DNA of 64,000 nucleotides, filler included, from Stramenopiles sp. TOSAG23-6 (taxonomy: Eukaryota), in the NCBI GenBank assembly GCA_900128565.1. It is 8 parts of 8 records of this genome, joined end to end, with 100 filler letters (N's around TTAATTAATTAA, not from the genome) between each part and the next. Parts side by side here need not be neighbours in the genome. Positions count along the whole stretch, not along the records: positions 40,411 to 48,352 come from LT636494.1; positions 48,453 to 56,388 come from LT636495.1; 6 more parts are not named here. One strand, written 5' to 3'. The notes beneath the pieces are model-generated. The model saw only the letters and a list, made by a program, of their open reading frames with translations. It did no database searches and was not told where the DNA came from. Shown here piece by piece: positions 45,557 to 56,488 of this stretch. Numbering within the stretch: position 1 is the first letter of the stretch; each line of letters opens with the position of its first letter. The position numbers and the translations under genes were made by a program.

Positions 45557-47965
45557 TTACTGCATCTCATCTTCGATGTTTTCAAACATATTTGCTGCTA
45601 ATCCATCACCTAATCCTGCATGTGTATCAAATACATGACGAATGGCATCTGTCCCCGAAATAGATCCTGGTCCAGTCAATTCGCTGTCCACTTCATCTTT
45701 AATTTGTTTTGGTCTCAAAAAGAGAACTTTTGCTTTTTTTGCTTCTTCAAAAAAATTTGTTTTATTTACAGGTGAAGGAGTAGAATTATCATTGTATAGT
45801 GTTGCATATTGTTCATCTGTACATTGACCATCAATAGCTTCATAACATGTTTGAAATGCAACGTAATGCCCACCACTACCATCTCCATAATGTCTCACTA
45901 ATGAAGAAATTTCATATTCTTTCTGATCTATTATAATTTCTTCCGTCAAGTCATCAATGTCAGCTTCAAATTTAATACCTGGTAGTGGGTTTTCTTTGGT
46001 TGTGTTTGGGTTTTTCTTTTCTCGACTGATCATAAGCACCATTCCATTTTCACCAAACGTACAACGTCCATCAAGTTCAATGAAGAAATCACTAGGCTGT
46101 TTTACTTGTTCAGCGTTTTCTATATTTGGTGAATGATAATTTCGATCTCCTCCCCTGAATACATCATCATAGGTTCTCCATTCCCAATCTTCATTCTCAA
46201 GTTCACCTTCCCCTTTACATCTCCGAGAAATCAATTGAGAAAGTGTATTCCTTTTGCTATTTTGTGGAGGATTTTCTTCAAGTTGAAGTTTAAAATTTGG
46301 AGAAGTATCAATACTATCTTCCTCTCTCCCTCTTCTTAATTCATACTCAAACTTAACCCTACATCTAGCCAATTGTAGTTCCTCCTTCTTCTCCTCCTGA
46401 TCATTCTCCTGATCCTCCGATGATTTCACTTGAAAATCAAAAATATTGTTTACAGTAGTTTTTTTAAATGATAATCGCTCCAAGTATCTCCCAATTATTA
46501 CGTTTGCAATTTCGTCAGGTTTATTTATATTTAGTTGACGATTTAAGTCTCTTGCTAAAGAATCGCATGTTTCATTACCTTGTAATTTGATGTCACGAAC
46601 TAGTGTTACTTTCATTTTCGATTGTTTTATAGTCGTAATTGAGGCTTGCCTCTGAAGTGCATTTTCTTGAATTTCCAAACGTGCTTTGCGATCAACGTCC
46701 TTCCAATCCCTTCGAGAATTCTTAAAATTTTCCAAATAAAACCTATCAGGAAGATTAGTTTGTGTGAATGCTTGAACAGCTTCATCCGCATCGTGTTGAT
46801 CGCCTACAGTGAAGAATCGCGAAGATATAGCAAGTAGACTTTGATCAGTCATTGGTGGAGCACCTTGAATTAGATAGTTGACAATAGGTCTCAATGATTG
46901 CAAATATTTTCCAAACTTTTCTTCTTTGTCAAACGGCCCCAACTGGTCTTGAGCATCAAGATATGTATCTTCAAAGTATGTGTACATTAATTCAGGTGTA
47001 CGAATCATGAACTGTAGGGCAGAGTTAAAATAACAAGTATTACCATTATTGTTTAGTCCTCCATCTTTCGAGTTCGTAGTTGGTCCTGATGATGACCCTT
47101 GTCCTTGACCTCCAGGAGACACTTTTCCTTGACCTCCAGGAGACCCTTGTCCTTGTCTTGGTGGTGACCCTTGTCCTTGACCTCCAGGAGACCCTTGTCC
47201 TTGACCTCCAGGAGACCCTTGGCCTTGTCCTGGTGATGAACCTAGGCCTTTTCCTGGTGATGAACCTCCGCCTAGTCCTGATGGTGGTTTGGAAAATTTT
47301 ACTTCCAAGCCGCCAAAGGGCACACCTTCCTCCTTCAAGTCTTCATATATTTGTTCGTGAAGCGACTTTTCATCGGACACTGTAGTACGAATAAGGAAAT
47401 GCTGTTTACCTTGATTACATTTATCCCATTTTGCTGCCTCGTTGAGTGTTCCTTTTTTCAACGCAGCAACGGCTTTGGTAGCCCATTCTTTTTCACCCTT
47501 TTCGCCACACGATAAAGCTTGAAGACGTCGCCCGCTTGAGGTTCGATATCTATCCATTTTAAGCACAGCGTTGTATTCATCCCGGTTTTGAAACAACGGC
47601 AAAATCACCAAAGGAATCAGCACTCCAATAACTGCGAAACACAAAATTACGGCAACAATAACGATGGTGCGTCTGTTGTAACAATTTTTGTCAGTAGCAT
47701 CGTCATTTGTTTTTTGTATAGTTCCACTGCAACTGTTCGGTCTTTGTAATAACGCTTCTTTCACTAAACTTTGTTTTCTTACTTTACCTACCTCGAGTGT
47801 GTCGACGTTTGGCATGCTTTCCATTTTCTTCATGCTTGTTTCGTAAATTTTAAATTTTTGCTCACTGTGCGCTGCTGCTGACTCGACCGACGGTATACGG
47901 TAAAGAATTCTTGAGCAATTCTTGAGTTCCTGTAACAAATTCAAATTGGTACAAATTGCTACCAT
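45557..47965 (-). CDS. Ubiquitin-specific protease (C19) with N-terminal TM helix and GQGSPG repeats; true start may be a downstream Met
   Basis: Cys box GLNNNGNTCYFNSALQ, QHDADE, His box HYGDGSGGHYVA and YNDN. Confidence 0.85.
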   Translation of the reverse strand: MVAICTNLNLLQELKNCSRILYRIPSVESAAAHSEQKFKIYETSMKKMESMPNVDTLEVGKVRKQSLVKEALLQRPNSCSGTIQKTNDDATDKNCYNRRTIVIVAVILCFAVIGVLIPLVILPLFQNRDEYNAVLKMDRYRTSSGRRLQALSCGEKGEKEWATKAVAALKKGTLNEAAKWDKCNQGKQHFLIRTTVSDEKSLHEQIYEDLKEEGVPFGGLEVKFSKPPSGLGGGSSPGKGLGSSPGQGQGSPGGQGQGSPGGQGQGSPPRQGQGSPGGQGKVSPGGQGQGSSSGPTTNSKDGGLNNNGNTCYFNSALQFMIRTPELMYTYFEDTYLDAQDQLGPFDKEEKFGKYLQSLRPIVNYLIQGAPPMTDQSLLAISSRFFTVGDQHDADEAVQAFTQTNLPDRFYLENFKNSRRDWKDVDRKARLEIQENALQRQASITTIKQSKMKVTLVRDIKLQGNETCDSLARDLNRQLNINKPDEIANVIIGRYLERLSFKKTTVNNIFDFQVKSSEDQENDQEEKKEELQLARCRVKFEYELRRGREEDSIDTSPNFKLQLEENPPQNSKRNTLSQLISRRCKGEGELENEDWEWRTYDDVFRGGDRNYHSPNIENAEQVKQPSDFFIELDGRCTFGENGMVLMISREKKNPNTTKENPLPGIKFEADIDDLTEEIIIDQKEYEISSLVRHYGDGSGGHYVAFQTCYEAIDGQCTDEQYATLYNDNSTPSPVNKTNFFEEAKKAKVLFLRPKQIKDEVDSELTGPGSISGTDAIRHVFDTHAGLGDGLAANMFENIEDEMQ

Positions 47966-48221
47966 TCACAGCACCCACGAAATCCGGGCCTATTCTAGGG
48001 TTAGGGTTTCGTGGGTGATTACTGATTAGAGTCGAAGTTTTGAACATTTTGATTATTTTTGGACAGCAATGCTACTATATAGTATTGAAGAGAGAATTTG
48101 GATATTGTAAAAAACTTAAGAAGCCAAATGTCTACATTTCAAAAATAAATAAGAAAAACTAAAAATATGTCATATTGTTCAGATAAAACTTTATTTATAA
48201 ATTTCATGCATAACTAGTAAC

Positions 48222-48261
<40 letters not shown>

Positions 48262-48271
48262 TTTTTTACCA

Positions 48272-48303
<32 letters not shown>

Positions 48304-48352
48304 CCATCCAAATTTTTTTCCCAAACTTTTTTTTTTTTTTTTTGAAATATTT

Positions 48353-48452
48353 NNNNNNNNNNNNNNNNNNNNNNNNNNNNNNNNNNNNNNNNNNNNTTAA
48401 TTAATTAANNNNNNNNNNNNNNNNNNNNNNNNNNNNNNNNNNNNNNNNNNNN
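48353..48452. other. Artificial contig spacer
   Basis: N44-TTAATTAATTAA-N44. Confidence 0.98.
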
Positions 48453-48517
48453 TCGTTAGGTACAAAATTTCGTACGAAAAATAAATTCGAAATTGAAAAA
48501 AATAAAATAAAAGATAC
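48453..48517 (-). mobile_element. Repeat-family intron, 5' part, truncated
   Basis: AT|GTATCTTTT...TTCGTACGAAATTTTGTACCTAAC. Confidence 0.75.
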
Positions 48518-49587
48518 ATGATTCTCGTATTTTGTTTGGTAATTCATCAAAAGAGCATTCGCTAATATCAATATCACATGACTTTTGAAGATCTCTTCTA
48601 ATTCTGGGTTGATCCCAGGCTTTTTTGTCAACTTCATGTAGAGAGACAGCAAGATTTTTAATCTCTGTTTCATTCTTCAAAGTTGTGTCTTTCAATGGTA
48701 TCATAGATTTTAAGAGAGGATTATATCCAAAATGTATAACTCTTGCAGCAATTTGTAAAAGTCCAAATATTGTGAAAAATATTTTTAGTAAAAATTTACT
48801 AAAAATTTGTTAGGTACAAAATGTCGTACGAAAAAAAAAAAGAAATGTAATGTTGAAATCGTACGAGAGCTTTAGGTAAGACCAGAGTAACCCCAATAGA
48901 TTCAAAATTTAAATGCCTTGGTCGAAACCCCTTCGAACCTAAGTTTACCCACATACAAAATTTAATGGATTCAGTAGCTTCTGTTATTCGCGCTTCAGTT
49001 TTTCCCTTTGCATATTTATTAGGATAAGTTAGGAGGTTGCCCGTGGCTCGATCAATTTTTGAAAGAATGAGGTCGTGTGTTTTATTAGTATATTCTTGAA
49101 AAGTTTTTATTCGAACCGTATCAGAGAAATTAATGGCATTTGTCAGCTGTACTTGAATATCCTTTGCAAAGCAATATGCATTATCACACTTTTCGAGAAC
49201 TTTTGATAAATCACTTTCTTCATCGTTGGTCCAGGCTGCAAGGAATTTGTTGATATCAGGCTCCCTTGACGTTTCTGGAATTGAACCACAAGCTATAAAA
49301 CGTAACCACTCTGCTCTGTCCTCTTTAGTAGCTACACTCTCTTGAAGAGACTGTCTTGCATAAGATTCAACCGTAGCATATTCTTCAAACTCTTCAGATA
49401 GTCGAACAAGTTCTTCTTGGCGAGCTTTGGCTTCTTCTTCAAGTCTCTTCGCTTCAGCTTCAGCTTTAGCTTTTTCATCTGCTGCTTTAGCTTCAGCTAT
49501 AGCCTTTGCTTCTGCGGCCTTTTCTTCAGCTTCAATCCTTGCTTCTTCTGCAAGTTCTTCTGGTGTCTTCTTCTTCTTTTTAGCCAT
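48518..49587 (-). CDS. DNAI7: CASC1/DNAI7 (IC97)-like axonemal protein; exons 49587-48865 and 48764-48518, 3' truncated
   Basis: K/E-rich N-terminus, EWLRFIACGSIP, FCMWVNL and LPKALGLLQIAARV after splicing. Confidence 0.7.
48765..48864 (-). mobile_element. Repeat-family intron, GT-TT (100 nt)
   Basis: CTC|GTACGA...CACAATATTT|GGA; frame restored. Confidence 0.72.
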
Positions 49588-49890
49588 GTCTACTTTCACT
49601 TAGAAAGTGAATAAAGTATGTGATTGTAAAAATGATACAGAAAGGATCTTTTCTACGTAATGCCTATAGTAAGGTAAGGTGTAACGTTTTTCTTTAGTCA
49701 GTTGTTTTTCGTCTTTTTTCGTGTTGTTGTTTGACCAGCACATTTTTTTGCGCCGCTTTTTGCACTAGCCTCTTTGGAGTATAAAAAAGAAACAATTATT
49801 GCTCCGTCTACTTTGAGAAAGTGTCAACATTTCTTACTTTGTCAAGTATTTTCCCTTAGGGTAGCATTTGTACATTATCGAGTAGTATAA

Positions 49891-50637
49891 ATGTCGTACC
49901 AACAGTATGCAACAGCACCACCAGCTTACCCTGGGTCTGGGGTTAACGGTTCAGCGACATCAGCTTCGACAAAAAGGGTTCCTCCAAAGCGTCGCACTTC
50001 CAATCGTGAAGTCAAGCTTTATGATTCTGCCGATGAACGCTCACAATTTGATGAGCTCGCTACTTTATACTCAATTGTCCGTGCAATTGATCTACTGGAA
50101 TCGTGTTTTACCAAAGATCTTGTAGAACAGGAAGAATATGCAAGTGGGTGTTATAAGTTATTACAGCAGTATAAGACACAGGAAGCAGCGTGCATTCGTG
50201 CTGGTAACGTCAAAAGTATTGACCACTTTCTCGCCAAGTATGGTTTTCAATGCACACTCGCATTAGAGCGTATTCGCGTGGGAGCTCCCGCAACATCAGT
50301 ACATTCAAATCCAGGAGAAAAATCTTTATCACAATTTGCCGTAATGGAAGTTGTGCAATTTATGCTTACGTGTATGGATGCATTGAAACTAGCTCAAGGC
50401 TCAGGTGCAGCAGTTGACGATATATTACCATTATTAAGAGACGTTGTTTCATCACTTAATAAGTTACAAAACATACCATCGGCTTTCACTGGTAAGGAAA
50501 ACCCTATGAAATGGATGGTCCAATTAAATGGAATGCGTGCTTCAGAGCTTCTTGATGATGAGACTATGAGAAAAATGTATCTTGATTTAGAAGATTCATA
50601 TAAACAGCTACACGAAGTTTTAAGAGCAAATGGTTGA
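49891..50637 (+). CDS. VPS28: ESCRT-I subunit VPS28
   Basis: EVKLY...ER, LATLYSI, CYKLLQQYK, TCMDALKL and WMVQLNGMRASELL. Confidence 0.93.
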   Translation: MSYQQYATAPPAYPGSGVNGSATSASTKRVPPKRRTSNREVKLYDSADERSQFDELATLYSIVRAIDLLESCFTKDLVEQEEYASGCYKLLQQYKTQEAACIRAGNVKSIDHFLAKYGFQCTLALERIRVGAPATSVHSNPGEKSLSQFAVMEVVQFMLTCMDALKLAQGSGAAVDDILPLLRDVVSSLNKLQNIPSAFTGKENPMKWMVQLNGMRASELLDDETMRKMYLDLEDSYKQLHEVLRANG

Positions 50638-50880
50638 TGTAGTATTTAATAGAATATCCCGGAGAATAAATAATCTTTAAATTTATTTTTCCTTATAAGC
50701 AGAGTCACTCAAATTCTCTTTTTTCAAAAACATTGTAGAACACTGGTTTGTTTGTATTGGGAGATTCCAAGCCATTTTTTCGTACTTACTCGGAGCAATT
50801 AGTACACTATTTCATATCACAAACTAAAGTAAAGAACTCTTGAACATTTCAAATTATATCTAGACAATTTACTACACATT

Positions 50881-51900
50881 TTACTCACTTCCCTTTACAA
50901 AATAAGATTTTTTCAAAGAATATAAATTAGATTGATCTTGGTCAGGTTTTCTAGATTGTCGAAGTTTTTTAAGTTGGTGACAACAAATCACAGTCATGAG
51001 CCCCATTGTAAAAAGCAATAAAAAGAAAAGAAGCAGCGTTAATTGATCACCTGAAGATATCTTTCCAGTTTCCATACTTTGTTTTAAATACGCAGGATCA
51101 CCGGTACAATGGTCTGGACCTTCGATGTTTAGACAATCATACGCATTCAACTCGACACTGACATTTTCGTTTCTATCCATTTGAGATGTACAAAATGATG
51201 ACTGAGAATCTTCAAATAAAGCTTGTGCTGATGTTGAAGCGCATACAAAGTAAAGTCGATTACATAAAGCTGGACATATCCGAACTAACGACTTCGTCAC
51301 AAAGATTTCACGCTCAACTGGTGTTTTATTTATATTTGTATTAGGTGAAGTTTCCAGGATTTTCACAAATTCGTGTTGGTTCGGAGCACAAAATATTGCG
51401 CATTGTAATCGTCTAAAATTTTCAAGACAACCAGGACATTCAGAGTAAATATAGTTGTAGAGAGAACGAAAGTCATCGTCTAATCTTTTGTGCTCTTCAG
51501 GTGAGCAGCACGTAGAATCTGCATACTCAGGGCAACGAAACAAAGTTGGGCCTGGTTTTGGTACTTTATAGTATTTTGATAGTGGACATTGGTATTTGAG
51601 AGTTTCTTCGTTGACCCCAGCAGGAGTAGGCGTATTTGCCAGCTCTTTTGCCTTTAACTTTTCTGGAGTGTCAGTTACTACAAAAGCTTTTTCTGACCAT
51701 ACGTGCATTCCACCGTGGTCAACTTTCGGTTCTATTGTGTTGTAGTTTGATTCTACTGGGATTCTTTCTAGATCTACGTTATAACTCGAGTTGGGATTAC
51801 TACGAACACGTTCCCGCTTTTGTTTAGGAGTGTGTATGGCACTACAGTATGATATCAGTAACAACAAACTTGTAGTAGCTTTGTAACTCAAAACCTTCAT
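50881..51900 (-). CDS. NPC1-N-terminal/folate-receptor-like Cys-rich type I membrane protein
   Basis: Signal peptide, CPEY..STCC, CPGCLENFRRLQCAIFCAPNQ and a C-terminal TM. Confidence 0.75.
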   Translation of the reverse strand: MKVLSYKATTSLLLLISYCSAIHTPKQKRERVRSNPNSSYNVDLERIPVESNYNTIEPKVDHGGMHVWSEKAFVVTDTPEKLKAKELANTPTPAGVNEETLKYQCPLSKYYKVPKPGPTLFRCPEYADSTCCSPEEHKRLDDDFRSLYNYIYSECPGCLENFRRLQCAIFCAPNQHEFVKILETSPNTNINKTPVEREIFVTKSLVRICPALCNRLYFVCASTSAQALFEDSQSSFCTSQMDRNENVSVELNAYDCLNIEGPDHCTGDPAYLKQSMETGKISSGDQLTLLLFFLLLFTMGLMTVICCHQLKKLRQSRKPDQDQSNLYSLKKSYFVKGSE

Positions 51901-52278
51901 TCTCTATTGAAAATGACGAAGAATATTTCCTCCAGTTCGACAATCTTCTAATAAGTTGGGGAAAATATGACTTCCTAGCTAAAGTAATTCAGAAATGGCT
52001 GGTGTATTCTTGGTAAATAGATGAAAGGGGTGTAGTGTAGTGCTGTTACAGTCAAAATTAGCTTACACTGATAATAAATGAAATAATAAATGAAATAATT
52101 CATCCATGGGAAGAATTTGAAATAATTTCATTTTCAAAAAATTTTAATTTTAAATTTCAAATTTCGTGGATTTCGTGTGTTCTCGACCTCGTGTCACTTA
52201 TCAGTATTCGCTTGTTGAAGTGTAAGAACTCAATTTTTTAGCAGGTACTATAGCGAATTAGTCGCAACTATATCTACA

Positions 52279-53172
52279 ATGTTCTTTGCGTGTACATCAA
52301 GAGCTATACGGATACATGCATTCGGTACATTTCGAGGATTTGGAGCTCTGGCTCAACCACGTCAAGTTTTGAAAAAGGTAGAACCTCGCCCAATCGTAGC
52401 TGTGCCATTATCTGTACCAACCTCTGATGCCAGACCAACAAGACTACTTGCACTAAACACAATTTCAGATAATCCAGGTGCTAGAAAATCTGCCAAACGT
52501 GTAGGTAGAGGAATAGGTTCCGGTAGAGGTAAGACATGTGGTCGAGGTCATAAGGGTCAAGGTCAACGTAACAGACGTGCCAAACGTCCTGGCTTTGAAG
52601 GAGGCCAAATGTCGTTAATTAAACGAACACCAAAACGGGGTTTTAACCAGACCTTCTTTGCCAAGCCAATGAACGAGCTTAACATAAACACGTTACAACG
52701 ATTTATTGATGAAGGTAGAATCGATACTTCTAAGCCTATAACAATGAAGGAACTATATGAATGTAATATAGTAGGAAAGATTAAGTATGGTGTGAAACTT
52801 TTGGCTGGCACACGTGACGAAGTGGGGAAGTTAAACACTTCTATCACCATTGAGGTTTCGAAAGCAAGTCAGAGTGCTATAAAGGCTGTTGAAAATGCAG
52901 GCGGTCGTATTGTGTGTGCATATTACAATGATCTTGGTATTAGAGCATTGACCCGACCAGATAAATTTTTGGCAAAAGGTAAACAAATTCCAAAACGGGC
53001 TAGGCCCAAGCCAAAAATTATGCCATATTATACTTCTTTTCGTAATCGAGGCTATCTTTCTCCAGAAATAATGTTGACTGAACAGCCTTTTTTTCCAGAG
53101 GGTGAATATGGTTGTCCTAGAGAAATGAATCAAAAACTGTACCCAAATTTGGAAAAAACAAAAGAAAAATAA
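52279..53172 (+). CDS. MRPL15: Mitochondrial ribosomal protein uL15m
   Basis: RVGRGIGSGRGKTCGRGHKGQ and GFEGGQ, with a presequence-like N-terminus. Confidence 0.92.
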   Translation: MFFACTSRAIRIHAFGTFRGFGALAQPRQVLKKVEPRPIVAVPLSVPTSDARPTRLLALNTISDNPGARKSAKRVGRGIGSGRGKTCGRGHKGQGQRNRRAKRPGFEGGQMSLIKRTPKRGFNQTFFAKPMNELNINTLQRFIDEGRIDTSKPITMKELYECNIVGKIKYGVKLLAGTRDEVGKLNTSITIEVSKASQSAIKAVENAGGRIVCAYYNDLGIRALTRPDKFLAKGKQIPKRARPKPKIMPYYTSFRNRGYLSPEIMLTEQPFFPEGEYGCPREMNQKLYPNLEKTKEK

Positions 53173-53459
53173 ATATTAATTAGGAACTTTCTTGTTAGCA
53201 AATTGTTGAGATAAAAGAATTGATTACGTTTCTATATAAAACTAGTTTTATTCGATTGAAGTTTTATTCACAACTGTCTATTATTTTAATCTAATATTTT
53301 ATCTAGTACAGGGCTTATCTCGCTTATATCGGGCATACGAGACAGCAATAAAAATAATCTTCAGCCAGAAAATTTTGCGAAATGCAAATGCATATCTTAA
53401 ACATATGCAGTCTAGTTGTTTCTCTAAATACCATTGCTATACACTATCGAAAAAGAAGG

Positions 53460-53882
53460 TTATTGTCCTTCATCCATGTTGTTCATTTCAGTTTTGCGAG
53501 TTCGGTTGACTGGTACGTACACCTCTTTAGTTTTTCCAGCAGCTGCGTCAGATTCAGCCTGAGTGAACGCTTTCGTGCGCATACGTTTCAAAGTTCGTTT
53601 GTATTCTTTAGTCCTCATATGTGTATCAAGTGTTTTCTGGTTGATAAAATAACGATTTGTGGCTAAAGCATAAAACTGGCCGCCACCTGGAAGGTCTTCG
53701 TCAAACGGTAATGGGCTAGGGGCAATATTCTTCTTCTCATCTTCGTCATTCTTCTTCAACTCCTTATTGATCTGATCATGATCCTTGCCATAATGACGCA
53801 ATTTATAGCTCCGTCTATATGATTTGTTTTTGGCCCGATGACCCTTGTTACCGCCTTTACGTTTTCCATTTGTACCCCCCAT
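53460..53882 (-). CDS. ZNF593: ZNF593/Bud20 ribosome biogenesis factor
   Basis: KDHDQI, DEDLPGGGQFY..RYF and FTQAESDAAAG. Confidence 0.85.
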   Translation of the reverse strand: MGGTNGKRKGGNKGHRAKNKSYRRSYKLRHYGKDHDQINKELKKNDEDEKKNIAPSPLPFDEDLPGGGQFYALATNRYFINQKTLDTHMRTKEYKRTLKRMRTKAFTQAESDAAAGKTKEVYVPVNRTRKTEMNNMDEGQ

Positions 53883-54398
53883 TATTATTATTGATGAAAT
53901 AAGTGGATTAGACCAAGGCAAACAAGGGAGACCAAAGAACGATGACAGAGCTGAATGAATTTTTTTTCCAAAAACACGAAATACACGAAAAAGGGATCGA
54001 TCTCAGATCTCATAGGTCGATGTTCAACCAAATTATTATACTTATTAAGAAAATTGTCTAGCCTAGACTCTGACAACACAGAGCCAAAATACACTATCGA
54101 ATGTTTAGTGAAGAAGACAAATCCATAGTATGATACAAATAGCTGCAGTAAGTATTCACCAGTAGTAGAATGTAGTATGAATAGTTGATAATGCAAGTCG
54201 GTGGCAAGTTGACAGATGAGAAATGTTTGGGTAGTTTAACACTTTGATTTACATTATCTCTCGACCAAATTAGTCATGATCTATTAAGTTTCTTGATATA
54301 CTTTAACGAGCTGCTCTCGTCCAGCTAAATAAATAGACACCAAGAAATAAGAAAAAAGTATAACCAGCATACAGTCAATGGAGGTTATTTATAAAAAA

Positions 54399-54710
54399 CT
54401 AAAGAACAGGTTCTTCCTGTTGGTTAAATGGGTTCGCAATTTCTTCCATGCCATCAACTGGACACACCGCCATAACAGTGGTACCGCGGCATACACACAA
54501 TCCGAGCTTACGCGTTTTTTTTGTGATACGATATTCATCTTCTGGGTCTCGGATGTATTCGACGCATTCATCGAGAACCAAGTTAACTAGTTGGTCGAAA
54601 CCCTTAAGTAATCCTGTCAACTCTCTACCACCCTGAAACTTGACGCGGACTTCTTTATCAATATGCTTTCCCAAATCTAAAATAGAATTCTTTGTTTTAC
54701 GGGTGGACAT
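54399..54710 (-). CDS. LSM7: U6 snRNA-associated Sm-like protein LSm7
   Basis: SILDLGKHIDK..VKFQGGRE..G.LKGFDQLVNLVLD..RKLGLCVCRGT. Confidence 0.95.
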   Translation of the reverse strand: MSTRKTKNSILDLGKHIDKEVRVKFQGGRELTGLLKGFDQLVNLVLDECVEYIRDPEDEYRITKKTRKLGLCVCRGTTVMAVCPVDGMEEIANPFNQQEEPVL

Positions 54711-55185
54711 TTTTATAATCTTTAATCCACTATTATTGGTCGTGGTCCTATCGACTAACAACAAAGACGTAAATAATTACGTAGTAGCAGAGAGCGATGT
54801 GTGATGCGTGTTGGAGTCAGAGAGAAAAACACGAAATCCCAAATCGGGCCGGACGTTTCTTTAAAAATAGTTTTTCAGTTCCCCGCCATTCAGTCCTTAC
54901 CGCCAAAAATGTCATCGAAGCTTCTACGAAGCTTCTTCTCCTTCGTACTGGTACACGGGCTCTCAACTCCTCCCACTGAAGCACGATGTCCAACAATAAT
55001 AATTCTGATTTCCATGAAGATGACTCTGCAAGTTCATCAATTGCCGAGACGGTAAGTTAAATTTAATGAAATATTTTTATGAATCACATTTCATCTTTTT
55101 TCCTTCGTTAAAATAACTTTTGATTATTTGAACAATGTCACTGACCTCGTTACCCCGTTCCTTTATTTACACAATATAGTGCGAT

Positions 55186-56271
55186 ATGCTATCGACGTCT
55201 CCTTTTGATGAGGCACCGGTTTATCGTAGTCTTGGTGGGTTAGGGAGTGGTTTAACAAAACCAACCTTGATTCGCAATTGTAATTTTGAAGAAGAACCAG
55301 TGTATCGTAGTCTTGGCGGCATTTCAGTGGAGAGTTTTCAGACAATGGGTACAAACCTTCCCTTTGAAAACTCTAATCGTTTTGGACATTTTGAGCATGA
55401 TACTAATTTTAGCGATCCATTTATGATGAATGGACCATTAACAAAAATTCCAGTGAAGGTTGAAAAGAAAAAGAACCTACCACCGACTTTACCAGCGTTT
55501 CCTTATCAACTCTCCCGTACAAGTTTTCCGGTAATTGTGACGAACAAACTTGTAGATAAGCTTTCTAGCATTCTTGATTCCATTCCAGGTACCAAATTTA
55601 CTTTCAATGATAGTAAATGGAAGTTTAAAGGATCTTTTACTTGTGGTCGCTGGTGCGAACAAGTAAAATTTAACATGCGCATCTTTCGGACCACTGAAAA
55701 TTCTTTCGTCCTTGAAATAATTCACCGCCACGGTTGCAATATGGTCTGGTGTGAGTTTTACAAGATTTTCTCGTCCCATTGTGTGACATCTGGAATAACT
55801 ATTTCGGATATTAGTGGACCTTCCATTCTTAACAATGAACAGGTTATGAAACCAATCGACAGGCATCGTCGGGTACGTCACCAAAACCACGTTCATTCTC
55901 GCTTTATAGAAAGCTCTCTAAATGTCACGGAGCCTCGTGTTTTGCTACAGACAATAACCAACATGATGACATCTCCTGAATCTCAGGTCAAACTTGAAGC
56001 CTGGCGGACCCTTGCCCAATTAAGTGGGAAAGTTAGTAGCGTTAAAATTTTACTGAGTGCTCCATCTTTAGTAAAACAACTTTTTCGTATGGCTCCTGAT
56101 AATACTCACGAAACAAGACAAACATATAGATATGTCGCTACAACTATCGGAAACATTTCAGAGCATGCTTCGCTCAATGAAGTGGCAGATTTTTTAGTTT
56201 CTTCAACCCCCGAAATAGTTAATATTTTCCGCGGCAGTGTTGTTATTAGTCTCCTATTCTGCTCAATATGA
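55186..56271 (+). CDS. Hypothetical protein with a duplicated PVYRSL motif, KA1-like segment and ARM-like C-terminus
   Basis: 361-aa ORF; domain calls are by eye only. Confidence 0.55.
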   Translation: MLSTSPFDEAPVYRSLGGLGSGLTKPTLIRNCNFEEEPVYRSLGGISVESFQTMGTNLPFENSNRFGHFEHDTNFSDPFMMNGPLTKIPVKVEKKKNLPPTLPAFPYQLSRTSFPVIVTNKLVDKLSSILDSIPGTKFTFNDSKWKFKGSFTCGRWCEQVKFNMRIFRTTENSFVLEIIHRHGCNMVWCEFYKIFSSHCVTSGITISDISGPSILNNEQVMKPIDRHRRVRHQNHVHSRFIESSLNVTEPRVLLQTITNMMTSPESQVKLEAWRTLAQLSGKVSSVKILLSAPSLVKQLFRMAPDNTHETRQTYRYVATTIGNISEHASLNEVADFLVSSTPEIVNIFRGSVVISLLFCSI

Positions 56272-56388
56272 CAAGGACTGGGGATCACACTATTATTTGA
56301 TGAAGTTGGAGCATATTCGCGTTCTACCCAGTCAGCTAGTCTTTGCTTTTGGGATTCTATAAGACACAGTATTTCATTATATGTTAGA

Positions 56389-56488
56389 NNNNNNNNNNNN
56401 NNNNNNNNNNNNNNNNNNNNNNNNNNNNNNNNTTAATTAATTAANNNNNNNNNNNNNNNNNNNNNNNNNNNNNNNNNNNNNNNNNNNN
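56389..56488. other. Artificial contig spacer
   Basis: N44-TTAATTAATTAA-N44. Confidence 0.98.

Noticed and set aside
7998-56488. Regularly spaced TTAATTAATTAA palindrome
   Set aside because: Synthetic six-frame-stop linker; synteny across it and ORFs running through it are meaningless.
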